The notes under the pieces: model-generated
The model's input: the letters and a program-made list of their open reading frames with translations, nothing else
What the model was told of the DNA's origin: nothing
Databases searched by the model: none
DNA from: Steroidobacteraceae bacterium
Lineage (GTDB): Bacteria; Pseudomonadota; Gammaproteobacteria; Steroidobacterales; Steroidobacteraceae
Assembly (NCBI GenBank): GCA_036511555.1
Contig: DATCBZ010000174.1
Span: 1 to 28,016 of the forward strand
Direction of reading: 5' to 3'
DNA length: 28,016 nt
Translations under genes and position numbers: made by a program
Shown here: positions 9,103 to 18,309 of the stretch, one piece after another
Layout: each line of letters opens with the position of its first letter
Position numbering within the stretch: position 1 is the stretch's first letter

Positions 9103-11421
9103 GTGCCTGCGCGGTTTTTAGAGCCTAATTTGCCGCGAATGAACGTGCCCGCCTCGCCCGCACTCGTTCGGTTTTTCCTGCGCGTCTTGAAGGCGCGCGG
9201 CTTTATCGCAGCAGCGTTCTTGCTCGCCGCCGCCGCCGGGCTTTACGGCGCAACGCAAGTGCCCAGTGATCCGGCAATCGACCGACTGATCGTGGCTGAC
9301 GACCCGGACGCACGTGCCGCACGGGCGTTGGAGAAGCTGTTTCCCGAGGGCGAGCATGCGCTACTCATGCTGGAGGCGCCCGATCCCTTGAGTGCGGCCG
9401 CGTTGCGCGCGGCCGATGACCTCACAAACAAGCTTTCGCAGCTAGCGCACGTCGAGGCGCTAAGTCTCGTGACGCTTTATCGGCACGCGGGAGCTACCGC
9501 CGCGATCGGGGCCGATGAGGCCCTACGGATACGCAAATTCGCGACCGGCACCTTATTGTTTCGGCGTGCCGGCCTTCTGGGCGACCATTACCTTGGCATC
9601 GCACTTGAGCTGCGGGTGCACTCGCCCGCCGAGCGCGACCAAGCGTTGAGTAACATCGAGGCGCTAACGAAGCCATTCGAGACCGGCGGCGGCCCTTTTA
9701 CGGCGCTGCGCAGGGTCGGATCACCGTGGCTCGATGCGTGGCTTGAGGCGAAGACTTCCACCGCATCGACGCACGTAATGCCGCTCTTCGGTGTATTTCT
9801 CATGGCGCTGATCGTCGTGGTATTTCGTTCGTGGCGCGCGCTCGCGGCCATCGTATTGACGCTCGGCGCCGTAGTTGCGATGGCCATGGGGCTCGCCGAT
9901 CCGTTGAGCTGGCCGAACACGATCGTCTCGGCGCTCGTGCCACTGACGGTGCTGGTTACGACGACGGCGACGCTTGTGTATATCCACACCCGTTACATCG
10001 AACGTCAGGATGGTCTGCCGCTCATCGAGCATCACGCACATGCACTTGCGAACAAATTCCTACCCTGCACCGCGTCGATGTTCGCAACCGCGATCGGCTT
10101 TGCGGCGCTGGCGGTGTCGGACATTCGCCCGATCCGGCAGATGGGCTTGTGGACAGCAAGTGGACTCATCGTGGCGTGGATCGGTAGCTTTACTTTATTC
10201 CCCGCGCTGCAATCACTGCTGCGCGCGCCGACGCGTGCCGAACGCGCGCCGGTAGGACGCATATTTAGCGCGTTCGTCGATCATTGGATACCATTTACAA
10301 GGCGCTACCGATGGCCATTGGTGGGAACCGCGATCGTCGTGATGCTGTGCGGCGCGGCGGCGCTTTTCGGCGTGCCGGGCAAACTCGCACCGCTCGCCCT
10401 GCAAACCGACTCTCTCGCCTATATCAATCCAAAAGTTGCGGCCGCCCGCGATACGCGCGAATTTGAGCGTACCAATGGCCTGACCGTCAGGGAGCTGTGG
10501 CTGCAAACAGCGGACGGGGAGGCACTGCAGCCGCAGTTTCTGCTGGCGATTGAAAAACTCACGCGGCGCCTGGAACGCGACCCACGCATCACAGCGGTCG
10601 ACGGGCCGACCTCGGCGCTACGTTGGGCGCAGTATTTCCAAACCGGCTCAGATCATTTGCCATCCGATCCGCAAGCATGGCCTAAGCTTGCCGCCGATCT
10701 GGAGCAGATTCTGCTGACGCAGCCTGGCGCGCGCGACTACGTCGACGTCGCGAGCCTCGCGAATGCGCGACTCAGCATTCGCGGCCGCGGCGCAGCCTTC
10801 GGCGGCCCGGGGGCAATGCGTGCGTTCATCGAGAACGCCTGGCACGAGGAGCAAATGCAGGACGCGGCCCTGCGCAATGTACACGCACGAGTCGCAGGCC
10901 AGGGCGTGCTCAATGATCAGATCACGCTGCGGTTGATACCAAGCTTGATTCAAAGCTTTGCGATCACGGCGAGCGTAATTTTCCTCGCATTCTTATTCGT
11001 GTTTCGCAGCCCCGCGGCGCGTTTGATGGCAATGATCCCCTCGCTGTTCGCGATTCTGGGCGCTTTTCTCCTGATGCGCGTGACTGGTATCATTTTGAAC
11101 ATCGCGACTATCCTCATCGGCTCGACCGTGTTGGGATCTACCGAGAATGATCAGATTCATTTTTTCTACCATTTCCAGGAAGGCCGGTCGACGGGTTCGA
11201 CCGCGGGGGCGCTGCGGCATGCACTGCTCGTGGCGGGCCGTCCCATCGCCTTTGCCACGCTGATCAACGCCGGCGGCTTTGTGGCTCTGAGCTTTTCCGA
11301 TCTTCCGCCGCTGCGTCAATTTGGCATTGTCTCTGCTTCGGCTTTCGTGCTGGCATTGCTTGCTGATTTTACTGCGCTGCTGGGAGCAATGTGGATCTTG
11401 GACCGCAAGTCGAAAACATGA
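9103..11421 (+). CDS. MMPL-family RND transporter; candidate BstA/HpnN-like lipid exporter
   Basis: 772 aa with two repeats of TM + periplasmic loop + five-TM bundle. Repeat markers SWRALAAIVL/SPAARLMAMIP, SDIRPIRQMG/SDLPPLRQFG and GSTENDQIH. Start is GTG 9103 or ATG 9139. Confidence 0.85.
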   Translation: MPARFLEPNLPRMNVPASPALVRFFLRVLKARGFIAAAFLLAAAAGLYGATQVPSDPAIDRLIVADDPDARAARALEKLFPEGEHALLMLEAPDPLSAAALRAADDLTNKLSQLAHVEALSLVTLYRHAGATAAIGADEALRIRKFATGTLLFRRAGLLGDHYLGIALELRVHSPAERDQALSNIEALTKPFETGGGPFTALRRVGSPWLDAWLEAKTSTASTHVMPLFGVFLMALIVVVFRSWRALAAIVLTLGAVVAMAMGLADPLSWPNTIVSALVPLTVLVTTTATLVYIHTRYIERQDGLPLIEHHAHALANKFLPCTASMFATAIGFAALAVSDIRPIRQMGLWTASGLIVAWIGSFTLFPALQSLLRAPTRAERAPVGRIFSAFVDHWIPFTRRYRWPLVGTAIVVMLCGAAALFGVPGKLAPLALQTDSLAYINPKVAAARDTREFERTNGLTVRELWLQTADGEALQPQFLLAIEKLTRRLERDPRITAVDGPTSALRWAQYFQTGSDHLPSDPQAWPKLAADLEQILLTQPGARDYVDVASLANARLSIRGRGAAFGGPGAMRAFIENAWHEEQMQDAALRNVHARVAGQGVLNDQITLRLIPSLIQSFAITASVIFLAFLFVFRSPAARLMAMIPSLFAILGAFLLMRVTGIILNIATILIGSTVLGSTENDQIHFFYHFQEGRSTGSTAGALRHALLVAGRPIAFATLINAGGFVALSFSDLPPLRQFGIVSASAFVLALLADFTALLGAMWILDRKSKT

Positions 11422-12416
11422 GCGACGCGCAGGCCCCCAGCATTGCTGAAATGCGTGCCGCTGCCGAACGCATCGCGCCGCACATTCTGCAAACGGCGAC
11501 GCAGCGCTGGCACGCAGTGCAACTCGACGCGCGCCTTGGCCGGCAGACAGAACTCTTCTTGAAACTCGAGCTCTTCCAGCGCACCGGCACTTTTAAGTTG
11601 CGCGCGGCGATGCTCAACGTTCTTAGCCTCGATGCCGCCGGACGACAGCACGGCGTCACAGCGGTCAGCGCCGGCAACCATGCTATAGCGGTCGCTTGCG
11701 CTGCGCAGCGCGCGGGTGTCTCGGCTAAAGTTGTCATGCTGGCGACTGCCAATGCGCTGCGCGTCGCAGCGGCACAGTCTTTCGATGCCGAAATCATCAT
11801 GGCACCCGATGGCCGCACCGCGTTCGCCACCGCGCAGTCAATCTGCAGTACGGAGGGCCGTGCGTTTATTCATCCCTTCGACGGGCGCAACGTCGTTCTC
11901 GGTACGGGCGGGGTCGGAATTGAACTTCTGGATCAAGTCCCGCAGCTCGAAGCGGTCATTGTCGCGATTGGCGGCGGCGGACTCATGTCGGGCGTTGCTG
12001 CCGCGGTAAAGCAAATGAATCCTGCTTGTCTGGTCTATGGGGTGGAACCGATCGGCGCCGCCATCATGAGCCGCAGTTTTGAGGCCGCATCGGCGCAGAG
12101 CATGGATCGGATCGACACGATTGCCGACAGCCTCGCACCGCCTCTGACAACGCAGGCAACCTACGAGCTGTGCAAGCGCTTTGTCGACGATATTGTCACC
12201 GTATCGGATGACGCCATTTGCGAGTCGCTCGCACTCTTGTATCAGGCAGCAAAGCTTGCGGTTGAACCCGCCGGCGCCGCAGCGCTTGCCGGGGTCTTGG
12301 GCCCGCTGGCCGCGCGCCTTGCCGGCAAGCGCATCGGTGTAGTGGTCTGCGGTGCTAATATCGACAGTGGCAGTTTCTATCGCTATCTACAGCGCGGCGA
12401 GGCGCTATTGACCTGA
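11418..12416 (+). CDS. PLP-dependent threonine/serine dehydratase-family enzyme without ACT domain
   Basis: KLELFQRTGTFKLRAA (PLP lysine), SAGNHA, IGGGGL, GVEP, DTIADSL, AVEPAGAAALA, CGANID. ATG 11418 overlaps the MMPL stop (ATGA). Confidence 0.88.
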   Translation: MSDAQAPSIAEMRAAAERIAPHILQTATQRWHAVQLDARLGRQTELFLKLELFQRTGTFKLRAAMLNVLSLDAAGRQHGVTAVSAGNHAIAVACAAQRAGVSAKVVMLATANALRVAAAQSFDAEIIMAPDGRTAFATAQSICSTEGRAFIHPFDGRNVVLGTGGVGIELLDQVPQLEAVIVAIGGGGLMSGVAAAVKQMNPACLVYGVEPIGAAIMSRSFEAASAQSMDRIDTIADSLAPPLTTQATYELCKRFVDDIVTVSDDAICESLALLYQAAKLAVEPAGAAALAGVLGPLAARLAGKRIGVVVCGANIDSGSFYRYLQRGEALLT

Positions 12417-12457
12417 AGCGCGCGAGGAAGGCTGCGTCGCGTATCGCTTCAGTTTTT
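12413..12457 (+). terminator. Intrinsic terminator-like hairpin after the MMPL-dehydratase unit
   Basis: CTGAAGCG (12413-12420) pairs with CGCTTCAG (12445-12452); inner CGCGA/TCGCG pair; followed by TTTTT (12453-12457). Lies between convergent genes. Confidence 0.55.
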
Positions 12458-12526
12458 GACACGGCGTGGTGCGCGGCTCTCAATGCAGCGCGCAGCACGG
12501 CGCATTTAATCGAGCAACCCTCCTCC

Positions 12527-14431
12527 TCAGACGACGCTTACCGAACGCAGCCGCTCGGGAGCGTGCAGAGCCCACCAGCGCTCAACGCTTGCGCTCAAGC
12601 CCGCAAGATCAAGGCCGGCCGCGGCGAGGCAGCTTTCGCGTGAGCCGTGCTCGATAAACCGGTCGGGTATACCGAGCTGCAAGAGCGGCAGCTGCAGCCC
12701 CTGTACTGCGAGCAACTCGCTGACGCCGCTTCCGGCGCCGCCAATAATGGCATTTTCCTCGATCGTGACTATGGCGCGATGGCGGGCAGCCAGCGCGGTG
12801 ACAAGATCTTTGTCAAGTGGCTTGATGAAGCGCATATTGACAAGCGTAGCGTCCAATCGCTCGGCAATTCTCTGCGCGGAATCAACGAGCGCACCAAATG
12901 CCAGCAGCAGCAGCCCGCTGCGGCCTTCACGGCGCAACTGCGCGCGTCCGAGCGGCAGCGCCGTCATCTCCTCAGCGATTGGCACACCCGGACCCATGCC
13001 GCGCGGAAAGCGCACGGCCGCAGGACCGGCCAAAGTGCTCGCCGTGTACAACATCTGCCGACATTCGTTCTCATCGGCCGGCGCCATCACCACCATGTTG
13101 GGGATACAGCGCAGAAACGTCAGATCGTAACTGCCTTGATGGGTGGCACCGTCGCTGCCAACGAGCCCAGCTCGGTCCAGAGCGAACACAACGGGAAGAT
13201 TTTGCAGGGCGACGTCGTGTATCAGCTGATCGTACGCGCGCTGCAGGAATGTCGAATAGATTGCAACGATCGGCTTATAGCCTTCGACCGCAAGTCCGGC
13301 AGCGAAGGTCACCGCGTGCTGTTCGGCGATCGCCACGTCAAAATAGCGGTCGGGAAACTTTTTGGAAAATTCGACGAGTCCGGAACCTTCGCGCATCGCC
13401 GGCGTGATGCCAATAATCCGTGAGTCATGCGCCGCCATATCGCAGAGCCAGCGACCAAAGATCTGCGAATACGACGGGCCGGTACTTTTTTCCTTAAAAA
13501 TTGTGCCGCTCACCGGATCGAATGGTCCGGGCCCGTGCCATTTGATCGGATCCGCCTCGGCCGGCGCATAGCCCTTACCCTTGCGAGTCACAACATGCAG
13601 AAACTGCGGGCCGCGCAAGTTGGCAAGATTGCGCAACGTCGCAACGAGCGCCTTCACATCGTGGCCATCCATCGGGCCGATGTAATTGAAGCCCAACTCC
13701 TCAAACAGCGTGCCCGGCAGCACCATGCCTTTCAAGTGTTCCTCGGAGCGGCGCGCAAGCTCCCATACGGCGGGCATCTGGCGCAGAACTTTTTTACCGC
13801 TTTCGCGCAGATGAGCGTACATGCGCCCCGACAGGGCGCGCGCGAAATGATTCGACAGCGCTCCGACGTTCTCCGATATCGACATGTCGTTGTCGTTCAG
13901 AATCACCAAAAGATCCGCGGGTAATGAGCCCGCATGATTGAGCGCCTCAAAGGCAAGCCCCGCGGTGAGTGCACCGTCACCGATGATTGCGACGACGCGG
14001 CGACTCTTGCCGCTGCGCTCTGCAGCCACTGCCATGCCAAGCGCCGCACTGATCGAAGTGCTGGAATGACCGACGCCGAAGGTGTCGTATTCGCTTTCGC
14101 TGCGTGTTGGGAAAGGCGCAAGCCCGCGATCCTGCTTGATAGTGTGCAGCTGGTCACGGCGGCCGGTCAGAACCTTGTGCGGATACGCTTGGTGGCCGAC
14201 GTCCCAGACCAAGCGGTCATGCGGTGTATTGAACACGTAATGCAGTGCAATCGTCAGCTCGACCGTGCCGAGCCCTGCGGCAAAATGACCGCCGCGCGTG
14301 GCGACGCTATGGATCAGGAACCGGCGCAGTTCCTCTGCCAGGGGGGCAAGTTTCGTCACCGGCAAGCGCCGCAGGTCTGCGGGTAGCCGGATTGAGTCGA
14401 GCAACCCGTTTTTATCGGCGGAGGAAGTCAT
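12527..14431 (-). CDS. dxs: 1-deoxy-D-xylulose-5-phosphate synthase
   Basis: 634 aa. [40 protein letters not shown] motif [15 protein letters not shown]...[38 protein letters not shown]. Confidence 0.98.
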   Translation of the reverse strand: MTSSADKNGLLDSIRLPADLRRLPVTKLAPLAEELRRFLIHSVATRGGHFAAGLGTVELTIALHYVFNTPHDRLVWDVGHQAYPHKVLTGRRDQLHTIKQDRGLAPFPTRSESEYDTFGVGHSSTSISAALGMAVAAERSGKSRRVVAIIGDGALTAGLAFEALNHAGSLPADLLVILNDNDMSISENVGALSNHFARALSGRMYAHLRESGKKVLRQMPAVWELARRSEEHLKGMVLPGTLFEELGFNYIGPMDGHDVKALVATLRNLANLRGPQFLHVVTRKGKGYAPAEADPIKWHGPGPFDPVSGTIFKEKSTGPSYSQIFGRWLCDMAAHDSRIIGITPAMREGSGLVEFSKKFPDRYFDVAIAEQHAVTFAAGLAVEGYKPIVAIYSTFLQRAYDQLIHDVALQNLPVVFALDRAGLVGSDGATHQGSYDLTFLRCIPNMVVMAPADENECRQMLYTASTLAGPAAVRFPRGMGPGVPIAEEMTALPLGRAQLRREGRSGLLLLAFGALVDSAQRIAERLDATLVNMRFIKPLDKDLVTALAARHRAIVTIEENAIIGGAGSGVSELLAVQGLQLPLLQLGIPDRFIEHGSRESCLAAAGLDLAGLSASVERWWALHAPERLRSVSVV

Positions 14432-14566
14432 TGGGTCGAAGTTCAGCCTATTCAGCCGCGAAGCTCATAAGGATTGTAGAGCGCATCGACCCAGCGTACG
14501 CGTTTTACGCCCCCGGTTAAATGCATGCGACATCATTGACGTTCCAATCAAAACGGGCTGCACGTC

Positions 14567-15712
14567 TTAGGTCATCGGCTTGCCACAGCGAGCCAATACG
14601 CCGCGCAGATCACGCAGCGCCGGAAACACCTCGTTGTTCCAGTCCGCGCCCTGTGCATCATATGCACGCTGCTCGAACTCCACGATCTCTTTGTCCTCGC
14701 GGAAAATGTTCTCGGTGAACCAGACCACGAATGGCCACACGGCATGGATTAACCCTGGCAAGCGCGGTTTCTTCACGGACAGATACCCATAGGTACGGTT
14801 GGTGCGCTGCTCGGCATCGAGCGGCGTATAACCGAGCCAAACCTCGAGCACGGGATCATTGCTTTGTTGAATGTCACGGCCCACCCACACTTTCAGACTT
14901 TGCGTCGGATAGTCGGTGCGGATCCGCATGTGATCAGAGAAGTCCTTTTTCGCCTCGCCGCGTTTGCGCATCAAGTCCACAATTACCTGTTCGCCGACGG
15001 AAGACTTCCCCGCAGTACGGCTAAAACTGTATTCAACCTGGGCCCATGTCTCGCCATGCTGCCGTCCCAGGCAATGAGCTCTAATTGAACCCATCTGTTT
15101 GCGATGCATGAACTGATGGTTCATGTCGAACAGATTCTCGTGCATGAAGGTGTAGTGGCAGGCGACCTCGCGGTTCAATCGCCGCGTCTTGTAGTCACTG
15201 CGCTGCGAGGAACCCAGCCCGGTCGGCAGCCGGGCCTCCGCCAGGACCGGATCACCCGGGAAGACGAAGATCAGGCCGTCAACCTCGCGCACCGGATAGC
15301 TCTTCACGCCGTTTGGCAGTCGCTCCGACCCTAGGTACGGCACGCTGACGCACTTGCCGCTGTGGTCGTAGGTCCAGCCATGGTAGTGACATTTGAGCTG
15401 TTCGCCGCTGACGACCCCCAGGTGCAGCGGCACCTGACGGTGGGCGCAGCGGTCCTCGAGCGCGAACACCCGACCGCTCTTACCGCGATACAGAGCGATG
15501 GGTTCAGCGGCAAAACGGCGCCCAAGGGTTTTACCCACTTTCAACTCATCGCACCACGCCACGGGGTACCAGTAATCCGGGTGCGCGCCCACGCGCCGCA
15601 GATCGAAAGCGTTGGGCGAATTGGCCGTACGCATGGTGACGAGATTGGAACTGTCTTCGGACATCAGGTCCTCGAAACATCGGTCCAGGACGAAAGAGTA
15701 GCGCGTCGACAC
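14567..15712 (-). CDS. Rieske non-heme iron oxygenase, alpha subunit
   Basis: Rieske motif CAHRQVPLHLGVVSGEQLKCHYHG (CxH-x16-CxxH) and mononuclear Fe motif ENLFDMNHQFMH, plus a distal EDKEIVE. Start is GTG 15712 or ATG 15664. Confidence 0.9.
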   Translation of the reverse strand: MSTRYSFVLDRCFEDLMSEDSSNLVTMRTANSPNAFDLRRVGAHPDYWYPVAWCDELKVGKTLGRRFAAEPIALYRGKSGRVFALEDRCAHRQVPLHLGVVSGEQLKCHYHGWTYDHSGKCVSVPYLGSERLPNGVKSYPVREVDGLIFVFPGDPVLAEARLPTGLGSSQRSDYKTRRLNREVACHYTFMHENLFDMNHQFMHRKQMGSIRAHCLGRQHGETWAQVEYSFSRTAGKSSVGEQVIVDLMRKRGEAKKDFSDHMRIRTDYPTQSLKVWVGRDIQQSNDPVLEVWLGYTPLDAEQRTNRTYGYLSVKKPRLPGLIHAVWPFVVWFTENIFREDKEIVEFEQRAYDAQGADWNNEVFPALRDLRGVLARCGKPMT

Positions 15713-15860
15713 GCCCCGCGGTCAAGGGTCCGCCTTTATAATGTTGTACGACGGCTACTCGGGCATCGATTCTACTTAAGACGCCGACGGTACGCCCGCA
15801 CAGCGTAGCCGCTGCGCGAGCAAAGCAGGCTCGACCGCTGCGGTTGGCCTCGTTGGCGGG

Positions 15861-17198
15861 TTAAAACGGATAATTGAGGCCGGTGAATGCCGCTATGCCC
15901 TCGCTGCCGTAGCCGATGTCGACGTACCCGACAACAAACGGCCGGGCGACTCCGCGGAATCCGACCCCATAGACGTGGTGCAGCTGTTGCAAAGGAAATG
16001 TGCCTGCGTGCGCAAAGACACGCCCGAGATCGACGAACGGAGCCACTTCGAGATCGACAAAGGTCGAGATTGCGTTGAACGACGCTACCGTGCGGCGCAA
16101 TTCGACCGTGGTCGAAAACGAATCGCGGTCGTAAAAGCGACCGGCGCCAAAGCCCCGCAACGGCTGCTCGCCACCGATGTCGCTGCGATCGCCGCCCACG
16201 CTGCTCAGCGCCCAGAATGGCACTTCGTGCGAGCTTGGCAGGTAGCGTAATGCCGTATGCACCGCGAGCACCGTCTTGGGCGCAACTGACCAGAAGGCGC
16301 GTGCATCCACTCCCGTTTCGCTGTACATCGAATCGTTCAAGAGACCGCTGCGGGTTGCAAGGCCGCCGTAGGCAACCCATTCCATGCCGCTCGTAGACAC
16401 GGTCAGGTCGTCGCGCGTGTCATAGACGATCGACATGCGATTGAGCCTCAAGTCATTGGTACCAACGCCCAGAACATGACTGAAGCGAGTGTCAATTGAT
16501 GCGACGTGCTGCAAAGTCCCCGGCTGTACGTCCACGACCTGCACTCGCCCGGTATACAAAATTTGCCATGCGTGATTCAGATTGAAGCCAATCTGCACCT
16601 GCGCGAATTGCTGCTCATTGGTGTAATTTGTTTCCGCCGTCGCCGGCGACTCGTTGCCAATACCGTAGAAACGCGGCGTACCGTCGCGATCGAAGATGAC
16701 GCTTGCGTTTATTGACCAACGCCGATCACGCAACCGACCGTCCGAATATGCGGCGCTGAAATCTCGTTCCACGCGCTGCTTGATGCCGGCAATTAGCGAC
16801 CACTGCTCATCCGCGGACGGATAGGAGTAGACACGCCCGTGCGCGCCGAATCCAAAGTAGGGGTTGTAGAGAAAATCCGGCGCGATGATGCGCCGGATGT
16901 CGTGATGCTCATCCGTTTGCACCCACGTCGGCAGAACGCCAACGGTCGTACCGCTGTCCGGATCGACGCCGATGGACGGAATCGGGATAAACGGGGCGGT
17001 CGCAGGATTGAACCATCGCGATATACCGACGTGCGCAGCTGGCCCCTGCGGCAGTGGTGCGGGCACTACCGGCGGCGGCGCCGACGCTTGCGCTGCGACA
17101 TCATCCGATTCGGCCCACGACGGCACCGCCAGAGCTGCGGCGAGGCCGCCGCAGCACAGCGCGATCGCAACTGGCCTCGTGGTTTTTGTTGTTTGCAT
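15861..17198 (-). CDS. Omp85/BamA-TamA-family outer-membrane beta-barrel lacking POTRA domains
   Basis: Signal peptide ending PSWA, short Pro-rich linker, amphipathic beta strands, Omp85 loop-6-like LRGFGAGRFYDR, and C-terminal ...FTGLNYPF ending in Phe. 445 aa is too short to carry POTRA domains. Confidence 0.7.
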   Translation of the reverse strand: MQTTKTTRPVAIALCCGGLAAALAVPSWAESDDVAAQASAPPPVVPAPLPQGPAAHVGISRWFNPATAPFIPIPSIGVDPDSGTTVGVLPTWVQTDEHHDIRRIIAPDFLYNPYFGFGAHGRVYSYPSADEQWSLIAGIKQRVERDFSAAYSDGRLRDRRWSINASVIFDRDGTPRFYGIGNESPATAETNYTNEQQFAQVQIGFNLNHAWQILYTGRVQVVDVQPGTLQHVASIDTRFSHVLGVGTNDLRLNRMSIVYDTRDDLTVSTSGMEWVAYGGLATRSGLLNDSMYSETGVDARAFWSVAPKTVLAVHTALRYLPSSHEVPFWALSSVGGDRSDIGGEQPLRGFGAGRFYDRDSFSTTVELRRTVASFNAISTFVDLEVAPFVDLGRVFAHAGTFPLQQLHHVYGVGFRGVARPFVVGYVDIGYGSEGIAAFTGLNYPF

Positions 17199-17223
17199 AA
17201 CGGCAGGCAGAGCAGTTTAACCC

Positions 17224-18309
17224 TCAGCGAGTCGACCCAAGTAACTGGGCGAAGCCCTGCAATAGCCTGTCGATGTCCGCCGCCATCAAATCGCCCATCG
17301 TTGAAATGCGAAACAGCACTTTCGACAACGGCCCTTGGCCTGCATAAATCACAAAGCCCTGCGCCTTCAAAGCATCGTGCAAGCGCGCATAGCTAAGACC
17401 AGCGGGCAATCGGTAGGCTCGTAACCCCACCGACGACTCCGCGGGCGGCACGGCCGGCTCGATGCCAAATTTGGCAAGACCCGTGCGCACCTGCTCGGCG
17501 AGCGCCGCATAGCGTTCGTAGCGGCCACGCCGGCCGCCCTGCTCGCCGAATTCTCGCAGTGCCTCGACGACCGCATAGAACACCTGCACGGCGGGCGTGA
17601 ACGGCGTGTCACGCTGGTCTTGCAGACGTGCGAGACGGGTCACATCTAGATAATAGGCCCGGCTCACGGCACCCACGAGCGCGCCGCGGCGCACGATCAC
17701 GAAAGAAACCCCCGGCACCCCATGCAGGCATTTATTGGCAGTCGCCGCCACGGCCGCAAGGCTTGCGTCGGCAAAATCCACCACTTCGGCGCCGAAGCTG
17801 CTGACGCCGTCAACGAGCATACTCACGCTGCGCATTCGGCACAGCTCACCCAGTTCCTGCAAGCCATTCAGCCGTCCGGTGGTCGTCTCGTGATGCACGA
17901 CTGCGAGGTGTGTAAAGCGCGCGTCGGCGGCTGCGTTATCCAGCCGCGCCGCGATTGCCGTCAGACTCGGCGCCTGCATCCAGGGACAACTGACGCAGTC
18001 GTGCGCAATCCCGTATTGCACGCAAATCTGGGCAATGCGCTCACCGTAGACGCCATTTTCTACGATCAGCAATCGGCCGTTCTCGGGAACCAGCGCGGCG
18101 ACCATGGCTTCAACGGCAGCGGTTCCGGACGCCGTCAGCAACACGGCGGACCATTCGGCAGGATCGAGCTCATAAGTTGCCAGCAAACGGGCTCGCGCTT
18201 CATCCTGCAGGTCAAAAAACTCGCTTTCACGATGGCAGAGGTCCGGTTGTAACAGACTGTGGCGCACACGCGGCGTCAACGTGACCGGGCCTGGATTCAG
18301 CAATAGCAT
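17224..18309 (-). CDS. aepZ: 2-aminoethylphosphonate aminotransferase, biosynthetic context
   Basis: Class V aminotransferase motifs LLNPGPV, CHRESEF, SGTAAVE, NGVYGERI, HHETTTG, DGVSSFG, TANKCLHG. One-base start/stop overlap with the decarboxylase at 18309. Confidence 0.9.
   Translation of the reverse strand: MLLLNPGPVTLTPRVRHSLLQPDLCHRESEFFDLQDEARARLLATYELDPAEWSAVLLTASGTAAVEAMVAALVPENGRLLIVENGVYGERIAQICVQYGIAHDCVSCPWMQAPSLTAIAARLDNAAADARFTHLAVVHHETTTGRLNGLQELGELCRMRSVSMLVDGVSSFGAEVVDFADASLAAVAATANKCLHGVPGVSFVIVRRGALVGAVSRAYYLDVTRLARLQDQRDTPFTPAVQVFYAVVEALREFGEQGGRRGRYERYAALAEQVRTGLAKFGIEPAVPPAESSVGLRAYRLPAGLSYARLHDALKAQGFVIYAGQGPLSKVLFRISTMGDLMAADIDRLLQGFAQLLGSTR

Noticed and set aside
17224-18309. 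AEP aminotransferase as catabolic PhnW
   Set aside because: It is coupled to pepM and the decarboxylase, and no phnX, phnY/phnA or transporter genes are present, so the context is biosynthetic.
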